Positions 33,370 to 45,840 of a DNA stretch of 64,000 nucleotides are shown here, piece by piece. How positions within the stretch are numbered: the stretch's first letter is position 1; each line of letters starts with the position of its first letter. A model generated the notes under the pieces. The model saw only the letters and a list, made by a program, of their open reading frames with translations. It did not search any database and had not been told where the DNA came from. The DNA comes from Escherichia coli (GTDB lineage: Bacteria; Pseudomonadota; Gammaproteobacteria; Enterobacterales; Enterobacteriaceae), in assembly GCF_002854065.1 (NCBI RefSeq), contig NZ_CP024147.1. One strand, written 5' to 3'. The position numbers and the translations under genes are program-made.

Positions 33370-35074
33370 TTCATCGTCAAATCGTGGCGAAGCGATTCTC
33401 GCCGCCCTGAAAACGCAGTTCCCCGGCGCGGTGCTGGATGAAGAGCGACAAACGCCTGAACAGGTCACCATTACGGTGAAAATCAATCTGCTGCCTGACG
33501 TTGTACAGTATCTTTATTATCAACATGATGGCTGGCTTCCGGTCCTGTTTGGCAACGACGAGCGGACACTTAACGGTCATTACGCGGTTTATTATGCCCT
33601 TTCTATGGAAGGGGCCGAAAAATGCTGGATCGTGGTGAAGGCACTGGTCGATGCCGACAGTCGGGAGTTTCCGTCAGTCACACCGCGCGTCCCTGCCGCG
33701 GTCTGGGGCGAGCGAGAAATTCGCGATATGTACGGGCTGATTCCGGTTGGCCTGCCGGATCAGCGTCGCCTGGTGTTGCCCGATGACTGGCCGGAAGATA
33801 TGCATCCGCTGCGCAAAGATGCGATGGATTATCGACTGCGCCCTGAACCGACGACTGATTCCGAAACGTATCCGTTTATCAATAAGGGCAACAGCGATGC
33901 GCGGGTGATCCCTGTCGGCCCGCTGCATATCACCTCCGATGAACCGGGTCACTTCCGCTTGTTTGTGGATGGCGAGCAAATTGTCGATGCTGATTACCGC
34001 CTGTTTTATGTCCATCGCGGCATGGAGAAACTGGCAGAAACGCGGATGGGCTACAACGAAGTGACCTTCTTATCGGACCGCGTGTGTGGGATTTGCGGTT
34101 TTGCCCACAGTGTGGCCTATACCAACTCGGTTGAAAATGCACTGAGGATTGAGGTGCCGCAACGAGCGCATACCATTCGCTCGATTCTGCTGGAAGTCGA
34201 ACGGTTACACAGTCATTTGCTCAACCTTGGCCTCTCCTGCCATTTTGTTGGTTTTGATACCGGCTTTATGCAATTTTTCCGCGTGCGGGAAAAGTCGATG
34301 ACAATGGCGGAATTGCTGACCGGGTCGCGTAAAACCTACGGTCTGAATCTGATTGGTGGTGTTCGCCGCGATATTCTCAAAGAGCAACGTCTGCAAACGC
34401 TGAAACTGGTGCGCGAGATGCGCGCCGACGTGTCGGAGCTGGTAGAAATGCTGCTTGCCACGCCGAATATGGAACAACGCACTCAGGGCATTGGCATTCT
34501 CGACCGACAAATCGCCCGTGATTATAGCCCTGTAGGGCCGCTGATCCGCGGCAGTGGTTTTGCCCGTGATTTGCGCTTTGATCACCCCTACGCCGACTAC
34601 GGCAATATTCCAAAAACACTGTTTACCTTCACCGGCGGCGATGTTTTCTCCCGCGTGATGGTCCGTGTCAAAGAGACGTTTGATTCGCTGGCAATGCTGG
34701 AATTTGCTCTCGACAACATGCCGGATACCCCACTGCTGACCGAAGGCTTTAGCTATAAACCTCACGCATTCGCGCTCGGCTTTGTTGAAGCGCCACGCGG
34801 TGAAGACGTGCACTGGAGCATGCTCGGTGATAACCAAAAATTGTTCCGCTGGCGCTGTCGTGCCGCCACCTACGCCAACTGGCCGGTGCTGCGTTACATG
34901 CTACGCGGCAATACCGTTTCTGACGCACCGCTGATTATCGGTAGCCTTGATCCCTGCTACTCCTGTACCGACCGTGTGACGCTGGTTGATGTGCGCAAGC
35001 GCCAGTCAAAAACCGTGCCGTATAAAGAGATCGAACGCTACGGCATTGATCGTAACCGTTCGCCGCTGAAGTAA
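33359..35074 (+). CDS. hyfG: Hydrogenase-4 large (NiFe catalytic) subunit HyfG
   Basis: GTG 33359 preceded by ggaga (33347-33351); ORF-track ATG 33314 lacks SD; N-terminal RxCGxC-type motif ([11 protein letters not shown]) and C-terminal DPCYSCTDR Ni-binding motif. Confidence 0.9.
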   Translation: MNVNSSSNRGEAILAALKTQFPGAVLDEERQTPEQVTITVKINLLPDVVQYLYYQHDGWLPVLFGNDERTLNGHYAVYYALSMEGAEKCWIVVKALVDADSREFPSVTPRVPAAVWGEREIRDMYGLIPVGLPDQRRLVLPDDWPEDMHPLRKDAMDYRLRPEPTTDSETYPFINKGNSDARVIPVGPLHITSDEPGHFRLFVDGEQIVDADYRLFYVHRGMEKLAETRMGYNEVTFLSDRVCGICGFAHSVAYTNSVENALRIEVPQRAHTIRSILLEVERLHSHLLNLGLSCHFVGFDTGFMQFFRVREKSMTMAELLTGSRKTYGLNLIGGVRRDILKEQRLQTLKLVREMRADVSELVEMLLATPNMEQRTQGIGILDRQIARDYSPVGPLIRGSGFARDLRFDHPYADYGNIPKTLFTFTGGDVFSRVMVRVKETFDSLAMLEFALDNMPDTPLLTEGFSYKPHAFALGFVEAPRGEDVHWSMLGDNQKLFRWRCRAATYANWPVLRYMLRGNTVSDAPLIIGSLDPCYSCTDRVTLVDVRKRQSKTVPYKEIERYGIDRNRSPLK

Positions 35075-35083
35075 GGACAGAAG

Positions 35084-35629
35084 ATGCTGAAGTTACTGAA
35101 AACTATTATGCGCGCCGGAACCGCGACGGTGAAATATCCCTTCGCGCCACTGGAGGTCAGCCCAGGCTTTCGCGGGAAACCGGACCTGATGCCCAGCCAA
35201 TGTATTGCCTGCGGTGCCTGCGCCTGTGCTTGTCCGGCAAATGCGCTGACTATCCAGACCGACGACCAGCAAAATTCGCGCACCTGGCAGCTCTATCTGG
35301 GGCGTTGTATTTACTGCGGACGTTGTGAAGAAGTGTGCCCGACCAGAGCCATCCAGCTTACCAATAACTTTGAACTGACCGTCACCAATAAAGCCGATCT
35401 CTATACCCGCGCGACGTTCCATCTACAACGTTGCAGCCGTTGCGAACGCCCGTTTGCCCCGCAAAAAACCGTCGCACTGGCTGCTGAATTGTTGGCACAG
35501 CAACAAAATGCGCCACAAAACCGCGAAATGTTGCGGGCGCAAGCGAGCGTCTGCCCGGAGTGCAAACAACGCGCGACGCTGATCAACGACGATACAGATG
35601 TACCGCTGGTGGCTAAGGAGCAGCTATGA
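35084..35629 (+). CDS. hyfH: Hydrogenase-4 ferredoxin subunit HyfH
   Basis: 181-aa ORF with two 4Fe-4S motifs ([24 protein letters not shown]). Confidence 0.92.
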   Translation: MLKLLKTIMRAGTATVKYPFAPLEVSPGFRGKPDLMPSQCIACGACACACPANALTIQTDDQQNSRTWQLYLGRCIYCGRCEEVCPTRAIQLTNNFELTVTNKADLYTRATFHLQRCSRCERPFAPQKTVALAAELLAQQQNAPQNREMLRAQASVCPECKQRATLINDDTDVPLVAKEQL

Positions 35630-36384
35630 GTCCAGTGCTTACACAACATGTCAGCCAGCCCATCACGCTAGACGAGCAAACGCAAAAGATGAAGCGGCAT
35701 TTGCTACAGGATATCCGTCGCTCAGCCTACGTTTATCGCGTCGATTGCGGCGGCTGCAACGCCTGTGAAATCGAAATTTTTGCCGCCATCACACCAGTAT
35801 TCGACGCAGAACGTTTTGGCATTAAGGTTGTTTCATCACCGCGTCACGCCGATATTTTGTTATTTACTGGCGCAGTCACCCGGGCGATGCGTATGCCTGC
35901 ACTTCGGGCGTATGAGTCTGCCCCCGATCATAAAATCTGTGTTTCCTACGGCGCGTGCGGTGTCGGCGGCGGTATTTTCCACGATCTCTACAGCGTCTGG
36001 GGCGGCAGCGACACCATTGTCCCCATTGATGTTTGGATCCCCGGCTGCCCGCCAACACCGGCCGCCACCATTCACGGTTTCGCCGTGGCGCTCGGTTTGC
36101 TGCAACAGAAGATTCACGCGGTGGATTATCGCGATCCCACCGGGGTGACTATGCAACCGCTGTGGCCGCAGATCCCGCCATCACAGCGTATCGCCGTTGA
36201 GCGAGAAGCGCGGCGGCTGGCGGGCTATCGTCAGGGGCGAGAAATTTGCGATCGTCTCCTGCGCCATTTAAGCGATGATCCTACAGGAAATCGGGTTAAC
36301 ACCTGGTTGCGCGAAGCCGACGATCCGCGTCTCAATAGTATCGTTCAGCAACTCTTTCGCGTACTCCGGGGGTTACATGACTGA
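35626..36384 (+). CDS. hyfI: Hydrogenase-4 small subunit HyfI (NuoB-like)
   Basis: 252-aa ORF; start overlaps hyfH stop; NuoB-like Cys motifs. Confidence 0.92.
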   Translation: MSPVLTQHVSQPITLDEQTQKMKRHLLQDIRRSAYVYRVDCGGCNACEIEIFAAITPVFDAERFGIKVVSSPRHADILLFTGAVTRAMRMPALRAYESAPDHKICVSYGACGVGGGIFHDLYSVWGGSDTIVPIDVWIPGCPPTPAATIHGFAVALGLLQQKIHAVDYRDPTGVTMQPLWPQIPPSQRIAVEREARRLAGYRQGREICDRLLRHLSDDPTGNRVNTWLREADDPRLNSIVQQLFRVLRGLHD

Positions 36385-36790
36385 AGAGTGCGGGGAAATT
36401 GTTTTCTGGACGCTGCGAAAAAAGTTTGTCGCCAGTAGCGACGAGATGCCGGAACACAGCTCTCAGGTAATGTATTACTCACTGGCTATCGGTCATCACG
36501 TTGGCGTGATTGATTGTCTGAATGTCGCCTTCCGCTGCCCACTGACGGAATACGAAGATTGGCTTGCACTGGTCGAAGAGGAGCAAGCCCGACGTAAGAT
36601 GCTGGGGGTGATGACTTTTGGTGAGATTGTTATTGACACCAGCCACACCGCCCTGTTGACCCGGGCATTCGCGCCACTGGCGGATGACGCGACGTCTGTG
36701 TGGCAGGCGCGTAGCATTCAATTCATTCATCTGTTGGATGAAATTGTGCAGGAACCGGCCATCTATCTGATGGCCAGAAAAATTGCGTGA
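36377..36790 (+). CDS. hyfJ: Hydrogenase-4 component HyfJ (HycH-like)
   Basis: Start set at [16 protein letters not shown] (137 aa), overlapping hyfI stop (ATGACTGA); ORF track over-extended. Confidence 0.88.
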   Translation: MTEECGEIVFWTLRKKFVASSDEMPEHSSQVMYYSLAIGHHVGVIDCLNVAFRCPLTEYEDWLALVEEEQARRKMLGVMTFGEIVIDTSHTALLTRAFAPLADDATSVWQARSIQFIHLLDEIVQEPAIYLMARKIA

Positions 36791-36819
36791 GAAGGATTTC
36801 TCATTAATAAGGACTGTTG

Positions 36820-38832
36820 ATGGCTATGTCAGACGAGGCGATGTTTGCCCCGCCACAAGGAATAACAATTGAAGCGGTAAACGGAATGCTCGCGGAGCGG
36901 TTAGCACAGAAACACGGCAAGGCGTCTTTATTACGCGCCTTCATCCCGCTGCCGCCGCCGTTCAGCCCGGTACAACTTATTGAACTGCATGTTCTCAAAA
37001 GCAACTTCTATTACCGCTACCATGATGATGGCAGCGATGTGACGGCAACAGTAGAGTATCAGGGCGAGATGGTCGATTATTCGCGTCACGCCGTCCTTCT
37101 CGGCAGTAGAGGAATGGCGGAGCTACGCTTTATACGTACCCACGGCAGCCGTTTTACTCCCCAGGATTGCACACTGTTTAACTGGCTGGCACGCATTATC
37201 ACCCCGGTTCTGCAATCATGGCTCAATGATGAAGAACAACAGGTGGCGCTGCGTTTGCTGAAGAAAGATTGCGATCATCATCGGGTACTGGTGGATATCA
37301 CTAATGCAGTGCTGTCACATCTTGATCTCGACGATCTGATCGCTGACGTCGCTCGTGAGATCCATCATTTTTTCGGTCTGGCTTCAGTCAGTATGGTACT
37401 GGGCGATCATCGAAAGAACGAGAAGTTCAGCCTGTGGTGCAGCGATCTTTCTGCCTCACATTGTGCGTGTCTGCCACGCAATATGCCTGGCGACAGTGTA
37501 TTGCTGACACAAACGCTACAAACCCGACAACCGACCTTGACGCACCGTGCAGACGATCTGTTTCTCTGGCAACGCGACCCGTTATTACACTTACTTGCAT
37601 CTAACGGCTGCGAATCTGCGCTCCTTATACCGCTTACCTTTGGCAACCATACACCGGGTGCATTGTTGCTGGCGCATACCTCTTCCACTCTCTTTAGTGA
37701 GGAAAACTGCCAGCTACTACAACACATAGCCGATCGCATCGCTATTGCCGTTGGCAATGCCGATGCCTGGCGTAGCATGACCGATTTGCAGGAAAGTTTG
37801 CAGCAAGAAAACCACCAGCTTAGCGAGCAGCTCCTTTCGAATCTGGGCGTCGGTGACATTATCTATCAAAGCCAGGCAATGGAAGACCTGCTCCAGCAGG
37901 TAGATATTGTGGCGAGGAGCGACAGTACGGTGTTGATTTGCGGTGAAACCGGAACTGGCAAAGAGGTGATCGCCAGAGCGATCCATCAACTTAGCCCGCG
38001 ACGCGACAAGCCGCTGGTCAAAATCAACTGCGCTGCCATCCCCGCCAGTCTTCTGGAAAGTGAGTTATTCGGTCATGACAAAGGGGCGTTTACTGGTGCG
38101 ATTAATACCCATCGTGGTCGTTTTGAAATTGCCGATGGCGGCACGTTGTTTCTCGATGAAATTGGCGATCTGCCGTTAGAACTTCAGCCTAAACTGCTGC
38201 GCGTATTGCAGGAGCGGGAGATTGAGCGTCTCGGCGGGAGTAGAACGATCCCGGTGAATGTCAGAGTCATTGCCGCCACCAACCGTGATTTGTGGCAAAT
38301 GGTTGAAGATCGCCAGTTTCGCAGCGATCTCTTTTATCGCCTGAATGTCTTCCCACTGGAATTGCCGCCGCTACGCGACCGTCCGGAAGATATCCCTCTT
38401 TTAGCAAAACATTTCACGCAAAAAATGGCGCGCCATATGAATCGCGCAATTGACGCCATCCCGACCGAGGCACTACGCCAGTTGATGTCGTGGGATTGGC
38501 CGGGCAACGTGCGCGAGCTGGAAAACGTGATTGAGCGGGCGGTACTGCTGACTCGCGGTAACAGTCTGAATTTACATCTAAATGTCCGACAAAGCCGTTT
38601 ACTGCCGACGCTAAATGAAGATTCAGCGCTTCGCAGTTCAATGGCGCAGTTGCTGCACCCGACGACGCCAGAGAATGACGAAGAAGAACGTCAGCGCATT
38701 GTTCAGGTATTGCGAGAAACCAATGGCATTGTTGCCGGGCCCCGTGGCGCGGCGACACGATTAGGGATGAAGCGCACCACGCTGCTGTCACGAATGCAGC
38801 GTCTGGGGATCTCGGTTCGCGAGGTGTTGTAA
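36820..38832 (+). CDS. hyfR: Sigma-54-dependent transcriptional activator HyfR (FhlA homologue)
   Basis: GAF-type N-terminal region, AAA+ sigma-54 interaction domain ([14 protein letters not shown]), C-terminal HTH. Confidence 0.93.
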   Translation: MAMSDEAMFAPPQGITIEAVNGMLAERLAQKHGKASLLRAFIPLPPPFSPVQLIELHVLKSNFYYRYHDDGSDVTATVEYQGEMVDYSRHAVLLGSRGMAELRFIRTHGSRFTPQDCTLFNWLARIITPVLQSWLNDEEQQVALRLLKKDCDHHRVLVDITNAVLSHLDLDDLIADVAREIHHFFGLASVSMVLGDHRKNEKFSLWCSDLSASHCACLPRNMPGDSVLLTQTLQTRQPTLTHRADDLFLWQRDPLLHLLASNGCESALLIPLTFGNHTPGALLLAHTSSTLFSEENCQLLQHIADRIAIAVGNADAWRSMTDLQESLQQENHQLSEQLLSNLGVGDIIYQSQAMEDLLQQVDIVARSDSTVLICGETGTGKEVIARAIHQLSPRRDKPLVKINCAAIPASLLESELFGHDKGAFTGAINTHRGRFEIADGGTLFLDEIGDLPLELQPKLLRVLQEREIERLGGSRTIPVNVRVIAATNRDLWQMVEDRQFRSDLFYRLNVFPLELPPLRDRPEDIPLLAKHFTQKMARHMNRAIDAIPTEALRQLMSWDWPGNVRELENVIERAVLLTRGNSLNLHLNVRQSRLLPTLNEDSALRSSMAQLLHPTTPENDEEERQRIVQVLRETNGIVAGPRGAATRLGMKRTTLLSRMQRLGISVREVL

Positions 38833-38853
38833 TCTGCTTTTGCAGGAGTATGC

Positions 38854-39702
38854 ATGAGAAATAAACTCTCTTTCGACTTGCAGTTGAGCGCCAGAAAAGC
38901 GGCAATCGCTGAACGGATTGCCGCCCATAAAATTGCCCGCAGTAAAGTGTCGGTCTTTTTAATGGCGATGTCCGCTGGCGTGTTTATGGCGATTGGATTT
39001 ACTTTTTACCTTTCCGTTATCGCCGATGCCCCGTCTTCACAGGCATTAACCCATCTGGTGGGCGGCCTTTGCTTTACACTCGGCTTTATTTTGCTGGCGG
39101 TTTGCGGCACCAGCCTGTTCACCTCGTCGGTAATGACGGTGATGGCAAAAAGTCGGGGCGTTATTAGTTGGCGAACTTGGCTGATTAACGCACTTCTGGT
39201 GGCCTGCGGTAATCTGGCAGGTATTGCCTGTTTCAGTTTGTTAATCTGGTTTTCCGGGCTGGTGATGAGTGAAAACGCGATGTGGGGAGTCGCGGTTTTA
39301 CACTGCGCCGAGGGCAAAATGCATCATACATTTACTGAATCTGTCAGCCTCGGCATTATGTGCAATCTGATGGTTTGCCTGGCGCTGTGGATGAGTTATT
39401 GCGGGCGTTCGTTATGCGACAAAATCGTCGCCATGATTTTGCCCATCACCCTGTTTGTCGCCAGTGGCTTTGAGCACTGTATCGCCAATTTGTTTGTGAT
39501 TCCGTTCGCCATTGCCATTCGCCATTTCGCCCCTACCTCCTTCTGGCAACTGGCGCACAGTAGCGCAGACAATTTTCCGGCACTGACGGTAAGCCATTTT
39601 ATTACCGCCAATCTGCTCCCGGTGATGCTGGGTAATATTATCGGCGGTGCAGTGCTGGTGAGTATGTGTTATCGGGCTATTTATTTACGTCAGGAATCCT
39701 GA
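38854..39702 (+). CDS. focB: Formate channel FocB (FNT family)
   Basis: 282-aa membrane ORF; formate/nitrite transporter family; follows hyfR. Confidence 0.92.
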   Translation: MRNKLSFDLQLSARKAAIAERIAAHKIARSKVSVFLMAMSAGVFMAIGFTFYLSVIADAPSSQALTHLVGGLCFTLGFILLAVCGTSLFTSSVMTVMAKSRGVISWRTWLINALLVACGNLAGIACFSLLIWFSGLVMSENAMWGVAVLHCAEGKMHHTFTESVSLGIMCNLMVCLALWMSYCGRSLCDKIVAMILPITLFVASGFEHCIANLFVIPFAIAIRHFAPTSFWQLAHSSADNFPALTVSHFITANLLPVMLGNIIGGAVLVSMCYRAIYLRQES

Positions 39703-39739
39703 AAAATCAGCCCGGCGAAACAGTTCGTCGGGCTGAAGA

Positions 39740-40801
39740 TTATTCTTGCGCTATTTGCCCATCGGGCCAGGCGTGGATCACGGCTTTGATCAGCGTCGCC
39801 AGTGGAATGGCGAAGAATACGCCCCAGAATCCCCACAAACCACCGAAGATCACCACCGATAAAATAATCACCAGCGGATGCAGGTTAACCGCTTCGGAGA
39901 ACAACACCGGTACTAACAGGTTGCCGTCCAGCGCCTGAATAATCAGATACACTGCGAAGCAGCTCCAGAATTCCGTGCCTGCACCAAACTGGAATAGCGC
40001 CACGCCAACCACCGGAATGGTCACCACAAATGCGCCAATGTACGGAATAAGTACCGAGAAGCCGACCAGCACCGCCAGCAGCAGCGAATAGTTCAGCCCA
40101 AAGAGCAAGAACCCCAGCCAGGTGGCGATCCCCACCACGATCATCTCCAGCACTTTGCCGCGGATATAGTTGGTGATTTGTTGATTCATCTCCTTCCACA
40201 CCTGTCCTGCCAGTCCACGGTTACGCGGCAGCACCCGGCGAACGGCATTCAGCATCTGCTCTTTGTCTTTCAGCAGGAAGAAGACCATCAATGGCACCAG
40301 CACCAGATAGACAGCTATGGTCAGCAAACCGACCAGCGAGGCGAGGGAAATTTTCACCACCGAATCGCCCATGGTCAGCATCCGACTGCGCATATTTTCG
40401 GCCATTGCATCAATAATGCCCGCATCCATTAACGCCGGATAGCGGCGCGGCAACGTGGCGGCAAAGTCAGAAAGCTTATTGAGCATCCCCGGCATATCGC
40501 GGATTAAGTAGATGCCCTGTTGCCAGGCGATAGGCAGTACCACGAACGCCATCAGTAGCAATATACCGACAAAAACCACCAATACAATCGACGTCGCCCA
40601 GCGGCGGGAGCAGCCAATAGATTGCAGGCGCACGGTTGGCCATTCCAGCAAATAGGCCAGCACAATAGCCACCAGCAACGGAGCAAGCAGGCCACTAAAG
40701 AAAAAGATAATGCCAAATCCGGCAACTAAAATAACCAGCAAGGCAATCGCTTCCGGGTCGCTAAAACGGCGGCGATACCATTGCATCAACATTTCGAGCA
40801 T
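39740..40801 (-). CDS. yfgO: Putative permease YfgO (PerM / AI-2E family)
   Basis: 353-aa polytopic membrane ORF MLEMLMQWYRRRFSDPEAIALLVILVAG... Confidence 0.88.
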   Translation of the reverse strand: MLEMLMQWYRRRFSDPEAIALLVILVAGFGIIFFFSGLLAPLLVAIVLAYLLEWPTVRLQSIGCSRRWATSIVLVVFVGILLLMAFVVLPIAWQQGIYLIRDMPGMLNKLSDFAATLPRRYPALMDAGIIDAMAENMRSRMLTMGDSVVKISLASLVGLLTIAVYLVLVPLMVFFLLKDKEQMLNAVRRVLPRNRGLAGQVWKEMNQQITNYIRGKVLEMIVVGIATWLGFLLFGLNYSLLLAVLVGFSVLIPYIGAFVVTIPVVGVALFQFGAGTEFWSCFAVYLIIQALDGNLLVPVLFSEAVNLHPLVIILSVVIFGGLWGFWGVFFAIPLATLIKAVIHAWPDGQIAQE

Positions 40802-41013
40802 AAAGACCTTCCCTGAACCTCAAGAGCGGGATTGCGATCCGCAATTGTATCGAAATGTCACAAAAAAGACTTCGCTTTTTATGACGGATTCAGGAAACTG
40901 AAAAGTCATTTGAGTGGGCTAATCTTCGCCGTTACACTCAAAGGCGGCGCGGTGGGAACGATATTTCACAGTATCGGTCAAATGACTATCTTCAGAAATA
41001 CAGGATAGAGGTT

Positions 41014-42477
41014 ATGTTCAGGCAGTTGAAAAAAAACCTGGTTGCAACCCTCATTGCTGCTATGACCATTGGTCAGGTAGCCCCGGCGTTTGCCGACAGC
41101 GCAGACACCTTGCCGGATATGGGAACCTCCGCAGGAAGCACGCTTTCCATTGGTCAGGAAATGCAGATGGGCGACTATTATGTCCGCCAGTTACGCGGCA
41201 GCGCGCCGTTAATTAATGACCCGCTGTTAACGCAATATATTAATTCGCTGGGGATGCGTCTGGTTTCGCATGCCAATTCGGTTAAGACACCGTTTCATTT
41301 CTTTCTGATCAACAACGACGAAATTAACGCCTTTGCTTTCTTTGGCGGCAACGTGGTGCTGCACTCTGCCCTGTTCCGTTATTCCGATAACGAAAGTCAA
41401 CTGGCTTCAGTTATGGCGCACGAAATCTCCCACGTCACCCAACGTCACCTGGCGCGAGCGATGGAAGATCAGCAGCGCAGCGCGCCGCTGACCTGGGTCG
41501 GCGCGTTAGGTTCTATTTTACTGGCGATGGCCAGTCCGCAGGCGGGGATGGCGGCGCTGACCGGTACACTGGCGGGAACGCGCCAGGGGATGATCAGTTT
41601 CACCCAGCAAAATGAACAGGAAGCGGACCGCATTGGTATTCAGGTGCTGCAACGCTCAGGATTCGATCCGCAGGCGATGCCGACCTTCCTCGAAAAATTA
41701 CTCGATCAGGCGCGTTACTCCTCCCGTCCGCCGGAAATTTTATTGACTCACCCGTTGCCGGAAAGTCGTCTGGCAGATGCCCGCAACCGTGCTAATCAGA
41801 TGCGCCCGATGGTGGTGCAGTCGTCGGAAGATTTCTATCTGGCGAAAGCGCGCACACTGGGGATGTATAATTCCGGACGTAACCAGCTCACCAGTGATTT
41901 GCTGGATGAATGGGCGAAAGGAAACGTTCGTCAGCAACGAGCGGCGCAATATGGTCGTGCTTTACAGGCGATGGAAGCCAATAAATACGACGAGGCGCGA
42001 AAAACGCTGCAACCGTTACTGGCGGCAGAACCTGGCAACGCATGGTATCTCGATCTGGCTACCGATATCGATCTTGGGCAAAACAAAGCCAATGAGGCGA
42101 TCAATCGCCTGAAAAATGCCCGTGATTTGCGCACCAATCCGGTGTTGCAGCTCAACCTGGCAAACGCTTATCTGCATGGCGGTCAACCACAAGAAGCGGC
42201 CAATATTCTCAATCGCTACACTTTTAACAATAAAGATGACAGCAACGGCTGGGATTTACTGGCACAGGCGGAAGCCGCGCTAAATAACCGCGATCAGGAA
42301 CTGGCTGCGCGAGCAGAAGGTTATGCGCTCGCCGGGCGACTCGATCAGGCCATTTCGCTGTTGAGTAGCGCCAGTTCGCAGGTGAAATTAGGCAGCCTGC
42401 AACAAGCGCGTTACGATGCGCGCATCGACCAGTTGCGCCAGCTGCAGGAACGCTTTAAGCCTTATACCAAGATGTAA
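41014..42477 (+). CDS. bepA: Periplasmic M48 metalloprotease/chaperone with TPR domain, BepA (YfgC)
   Basis: 487-aa ORF, signal peptide, HExxH ([12 protein letters not shown]), C-terminal TPR-like region. Confidence 0.93.
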   Translation: MFRQLKKNLVATLIAAMTIGQVAPAFADSADTLPDMGTSAGSTLSIGQEMQMGDYYVRQLRGSAPLINDPLLTQYINSLGMRLVSHANSVKTPFHFFLINNDEINAFAFFGGNVVLHSALFRYSDNESQLASVMAHEISHVTQRHLARAMEDQQRSAPLTWVGALGSILLAMASPQAGMAALTGTLAGTRQGMISFTQQNEQEADRIGIQVLQRSGFDPQAMPTFLEKLLDQARYSSRPPEILLTHPLPESRLADARNRANQMRPMVVQSSEDFYLAKARTLGMYNSGRNQLTSDLLDEWAKGNVRQQRAAQYGRALQAMEANKYDEARKTLQPLLAAEPGNAWYLDLATDIDLGQNKANEAINRLKNARDLRTNPVLQLNLANAYLHGGQPQEAANILNRYTFNNKDDSNGWDLLAQAEAALNNRDQELAARAEGYALAGRLDQAISLLSSASSQVKLGSLQQARYDARIDQLRQLQERFKPYTKM

Positions 42478-42497
42478 TTCGCATTAAAGGAAGAACA

Positions 42498-42857
42498 ATG
42501 ACCAAACAGGTAAAAATCTACCATAACCCACGCTGTTCAAAGAGCCGGGAAACGCTGAACCTGCTGAAAGAAAACGGCGTGGAGCCAGAAGTGGTGCTCT
42601 ACCTTGAGACACCCGCCGATGCGGCAACGCTGCGCGATTTGCTGAAAATGCTGGGGATGAATAGCGCCCGTGAATTGATGCGCCAGAAAGAGGATCTTTA
42701 TAAAGAACTGAACCTGGCTGACAGTTCGCTTAGCGAAGAGGCGCTGATTCAGGCAATGGTGGATAATCCGAAGCTAATGGAGCGCCCGATTGTGGTCGCG
42801 AATGGCAAAGCGCGGATTGGTCGTCCACCGGAGCAGGTACTGGAAATCGTGGGTTAA
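42498..42857 (+). CDS. yfgD: ArsC-family protein YfgD
   Basis: 119-aa ORF MTKQVKIYHNPRCSKSRETLNLL...; arsenate-reductase-like fold. Confidence 0.9.
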   Translation: MTKQVKIYHNPRCSKSRETLNLLKENGVEPEVVLYLETPADAATLRDLLKMLGMNSARELMRQKEDLYKELNLADSSLSEEALIQAMVDNPKLMERPIVVANGKARIGRPPEQVLEIVG

Positions 42858-42887
42858 GATGTGCTCCATCGCTAGTTGAAGCACATT

Positions 42888-42980
42888 GCCGGATGCGACG
42901 CTTGCCACGTCTTATCCGGCCTACGAATATTATGGATTAACTTCGCGTAGTTCGGATAAGGCGTTCGCGCCGCATCCGAC
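42888..42980. repeat. BIME: two inverted REP elements between yfgD and hda
   Basis: gccggatgcgacgcttgccacgtcttatccggcctac and gtagttcggataaggcgttcgcgccgcatccgac in opposite orientation. Confidence 0.85.
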
Positions 42981-42994
42981 AATAAACACCTTAT

Positions 42995-43696
42995 CTACAA
43001 CTTCAGAATTTCTTTCACAAACGGAATGGTCAGCTTACGTTGCGCGGTAATCGACGCACGATCCAACTGATCCAACGTCATAAATAGCGTGCGCATTTCT
43101 CTGTCGAGCCGCTTCAGCAAGAAACGCCCAACATCTTCCGGCAGTTCAAAACCACGCAAACGCGCGCGTAACTGTAGCGCCTGCAACTTATCTTCATCAG
43201 AAAGTGGCTGCAATTTGTAGATCTGCCCCCAGTCGAGTCGCGACGCGAGATCCGGTAATCCCAGATTCAACTGCCGCGGTGGACGATCGCCGGTGATCAA
43301 CAACCGTGTTTTGCCCGATTCCAGAATTCGATTGTAGAGATCGAAAATCGCCATCTCCCACAACTCATCGCCTGCAATACACTCAATGTTGTCGATACAG
43401 ACCAGCGACAAATGCTCCATACCGTCGAGCACTTCCGGAACAAACCAGGTGCGTTTATCCAGCGGGACATAGCCCACCGCATCGCCACGCTGCGACAATT
43501 CCGCGCAAGCCGCGTGCAGCAGATGGCTGCGCCCCGCGCCTTCGCGTGCCCAGAGATAGATGTAACCGCTATGTTCCTGACGCAGCACGTTTTGCAGCGC
43601 GGCCAGTAAAGAGGAGTTATCCCCCGGCCAGAAACTTGCAAAGGTTTCGTCGTCAGGAAGATAAAGTGGCAAAGAGAGCTGTGCCGGTGTGTTCAG
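42995..43696 (-). CDS. hda: DnaA-inactivating (RIDA) protein Hda
   Basis: AAA+ DnaA-like; start set at the CTG codon beginning (L/M)[18 protein letters not shown] (233 aa), as reported for Hda; ORF-track GTG 43741 is the older over-extended annotation. Confidence 0.85.
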
Positions 43697-43790
43697 AGAT
43701 ACCTCAACCAGGATTTCACAAAATCGCGAGAAGTTTACCACAGAATCCCATGATGTTTGAACCGGGCAGCAACACTGCCCGGTCGGTACA

Positions 43791-45080
43791 TTATTTGTCT
43801 GTTATATCCGCGTCTTCTGCGTCCAGCACCACTTCTTCAGGGCGCAGCACACTGATCAGTTTGAAAATCAAACTTAAGCCGATACCGACGATGGTCGCCA
43901 GCGCCATACCTTTCAACTCCGCCGCGCCGATGTTTACCTTCGCGCCACTGACGCCGATGATCAAAATCACGGAAGTCAGGATCAGGTTCTGTGCTTTGTT
44001 GTAATCCACTTTCGATTCGATCAAAACACGAATACCGGAAGCACCGATGACACCATAAAGCAGCAGCGAAACGCCGCCCATTACCGGCAATGGGATCATC
44101 TGGATAGCGGCAGCCAGTTTACCGACGCAGGAAAGCAGGATAGCGAAAATCGCCGCCCCGCCGATAACCCAGGTACTGTAAACACGGGTGATCGCCATCA
44201 CGCCAATGTTTTCTCCGTAAGTGGTATTTGGCGTAGAGCCAAAGAAGCCGGAGATCACGGTCGACAGGCCGTTAGCAAACATCGAACGGTGCAGACCTGG
44301 ATCGCGCAGCAGATCTTTTTTGACGATATTAGCCGTTACTACCAGGTGCCCTACGTGTTCGGCAATAACCACTAACGCCGCTGGCAGAATAGTCAGAATG
44401 GCAAACCACTCGAAGCGCGGCGTATAGAGGGTTGGCAGCGCAAACCAGTGAGCATTAATAATCGGCGTGGTATCGACAATTCCCATTGCGAAAGAGAGCG
44501 CGTACCCCACCAGCACGCCAATTAAAATCGGGATAATTGCCATGAAACCACGGAACAGCACGGAACCTAAAACCGTGACCGCCAGGGTGGTAATAGAGAT
44601 GATGATGGTTTTGGAGTCTGGCGTTTGCCCTTCAGCCGGGAGCAAACCCGCCATACCGGCAGCTACGCCCGCCAGCTCCAGACCGATGACGGCAACGATT
44701 GCGCCCATTGCCGCAGGTGGAAACAGCACGTCCAGCCAGCCGGTCCCCGCTTTCTTCACGATAAAAGAAACAAGGCAGAACAGCACGCCGCACATAATAA
44801 AGCCGCCCAGCGCGACTTCATACCCCAACGGCAACAGTAGCAATACCGGTGAAATAAAGGCAAAGCTGGAACCAAGATAAGCCGGAATTTTCCCTTTACA
44901 GATGAAGAGATACAGCAGCGTTCCAATACCGTTAAATAACAGTACAGTCGCCGGGTTAATATGAAATAAGACGGGCACCAGGACGGTTGCACCAAACATG
45001 GCGAACAAATGTTGCAAACTAAGCGGGATTGTCTGTAAAAGTGGCGGTCTTTCACTCACCCCGATAGCACGGCGCGTCAT
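43791..45080 (-). CDS. uraA: Uracil:H+ symporter UraA
   Basis: Start set at [33 protein letters not shown] (429 aa); NCS2 family. Confidence 0.95.
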   Translation of the reverse strand: MTRRAIGVSERPPLLQTIPLSLQHLFAMFGATVLVPVLFHINPATVLLFNGIGTLLYLFICKGKIPAYLGSSFAFISPVLLLLPLGYEVALGGFIMCGVLFCLVSFIVKKAGTGWLDVLFPPAAMGAIVAVIGLELAGVAAGMAGLLPAEGQTPDSKTIIISITTLAVTVLGSVLFRGFMAIIPILIGVLVGYALSFAMGIVDTTPIINAHWFALPTLYTPRFEWFAILTILPAALVVIAEHVGHLVVTANIVKKDLLRDPGLHRSMFANGLSTVISGFFGSTPNTTYGENIGVMAITRVYSTWVIGGAAIFAILLSCVGKLAAAIQMIPLPVMGGVSLLLYGVIGASGIRVLIESKVDYNKAQNLILTSVILIIGVSGAKVNIGAAELKGMALATIVGIGLSLIFKLISVLRPEEVVLDAEDADITDK

Positions 45081-45165
45081 AGTATTATCCTCTGTATTAT
45101 GTGTTATAGGCGCTTTACTCAAAAAAAAGCCGACTCTTAAAGTCGGCTTTAATTATTTTTATTCT

Positions 45166-45792
45166 TTATTTCGTACCAAAGATTTTGTCACCGGCATCGC
45201 CGAGGCCCGGAATAATGTATCCGTGCTCGTTCAGTCCCTGATCAATCGATGCGGTATACAGTTCGACGTCCGGGTGCGCTTTTTCCAGCGCAGCGATACC
45301 TTCTGGCGCAGCTACCAGCACCAGAACTTTGATGCTGCTGCAGCCCGCTTTTTTCAGCAGGTCGATGGTCGCGATAACGGAACCACCGGTTGCCAGCATT
45401 GGGTCAACGATCAGCGCCATACGCTCATCGATGTTAGAAACCAGTTTCTGGAAGTACGGTACCGGCTCCAGCGTTTCTTCATTACGGTACATACCGACAA
45501 CGCTGATGCGCGCGCTCGGAACGTTTTCCAGCACACCGTCCATCATCCCCAGACCCGCACGCAGAATTGGCACAACGGTAATTTTCTTACCTTTGATCTG
45601 GTCGATTTCTACCGGGCCGTTCCAGCCTTCGATAGTTACTTTTTCCGTTTCGAGGTCGGCGGTCGCTTCGTAAGTCAGCAGGCTACCCACTTCGGAAGCG
45701 AGTTCGCGAAAGCGCTTGGTGCTGATATCTTGCTCACGCATCAGTCCCAGCTTGTGTTTGACGAGTGGGTGTTTGACTTCCACGATCTTCAT
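45166..45792 (-). CDS. upp: Uracil phosphoribosyltransferase
   Basis: Start set at [21 protein letters not shown] (208 aa). Confidence 0.95.
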
Positions 45793-45819
45793 ACTCTTTC
45801 TCCTTTGAGGGGCAGCCAC

Positions 45820-45840
45820 AAAAAAAATCGACGGATTATA
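45820..45840 (-). promoter_or_regulatory. upp promoter -10 and initially transcribed T8 tract (UTP-sensitive reiterative transcription)
   Basis: Minus strand reads tataat then ccgtcGATTTTTTTTGTGG; the T8 run (plus-strand A8 at 45820-45827) matches the described upp leader. Confidence 0.7.

Noticed and set aside
43306-44004. 232-aa plus-strand ORF spanning the hda-uraA junction
   Set aside because: Antisense to two recognised genes and crossing their intergenic region; Arg/Pro-rich shadow translation.
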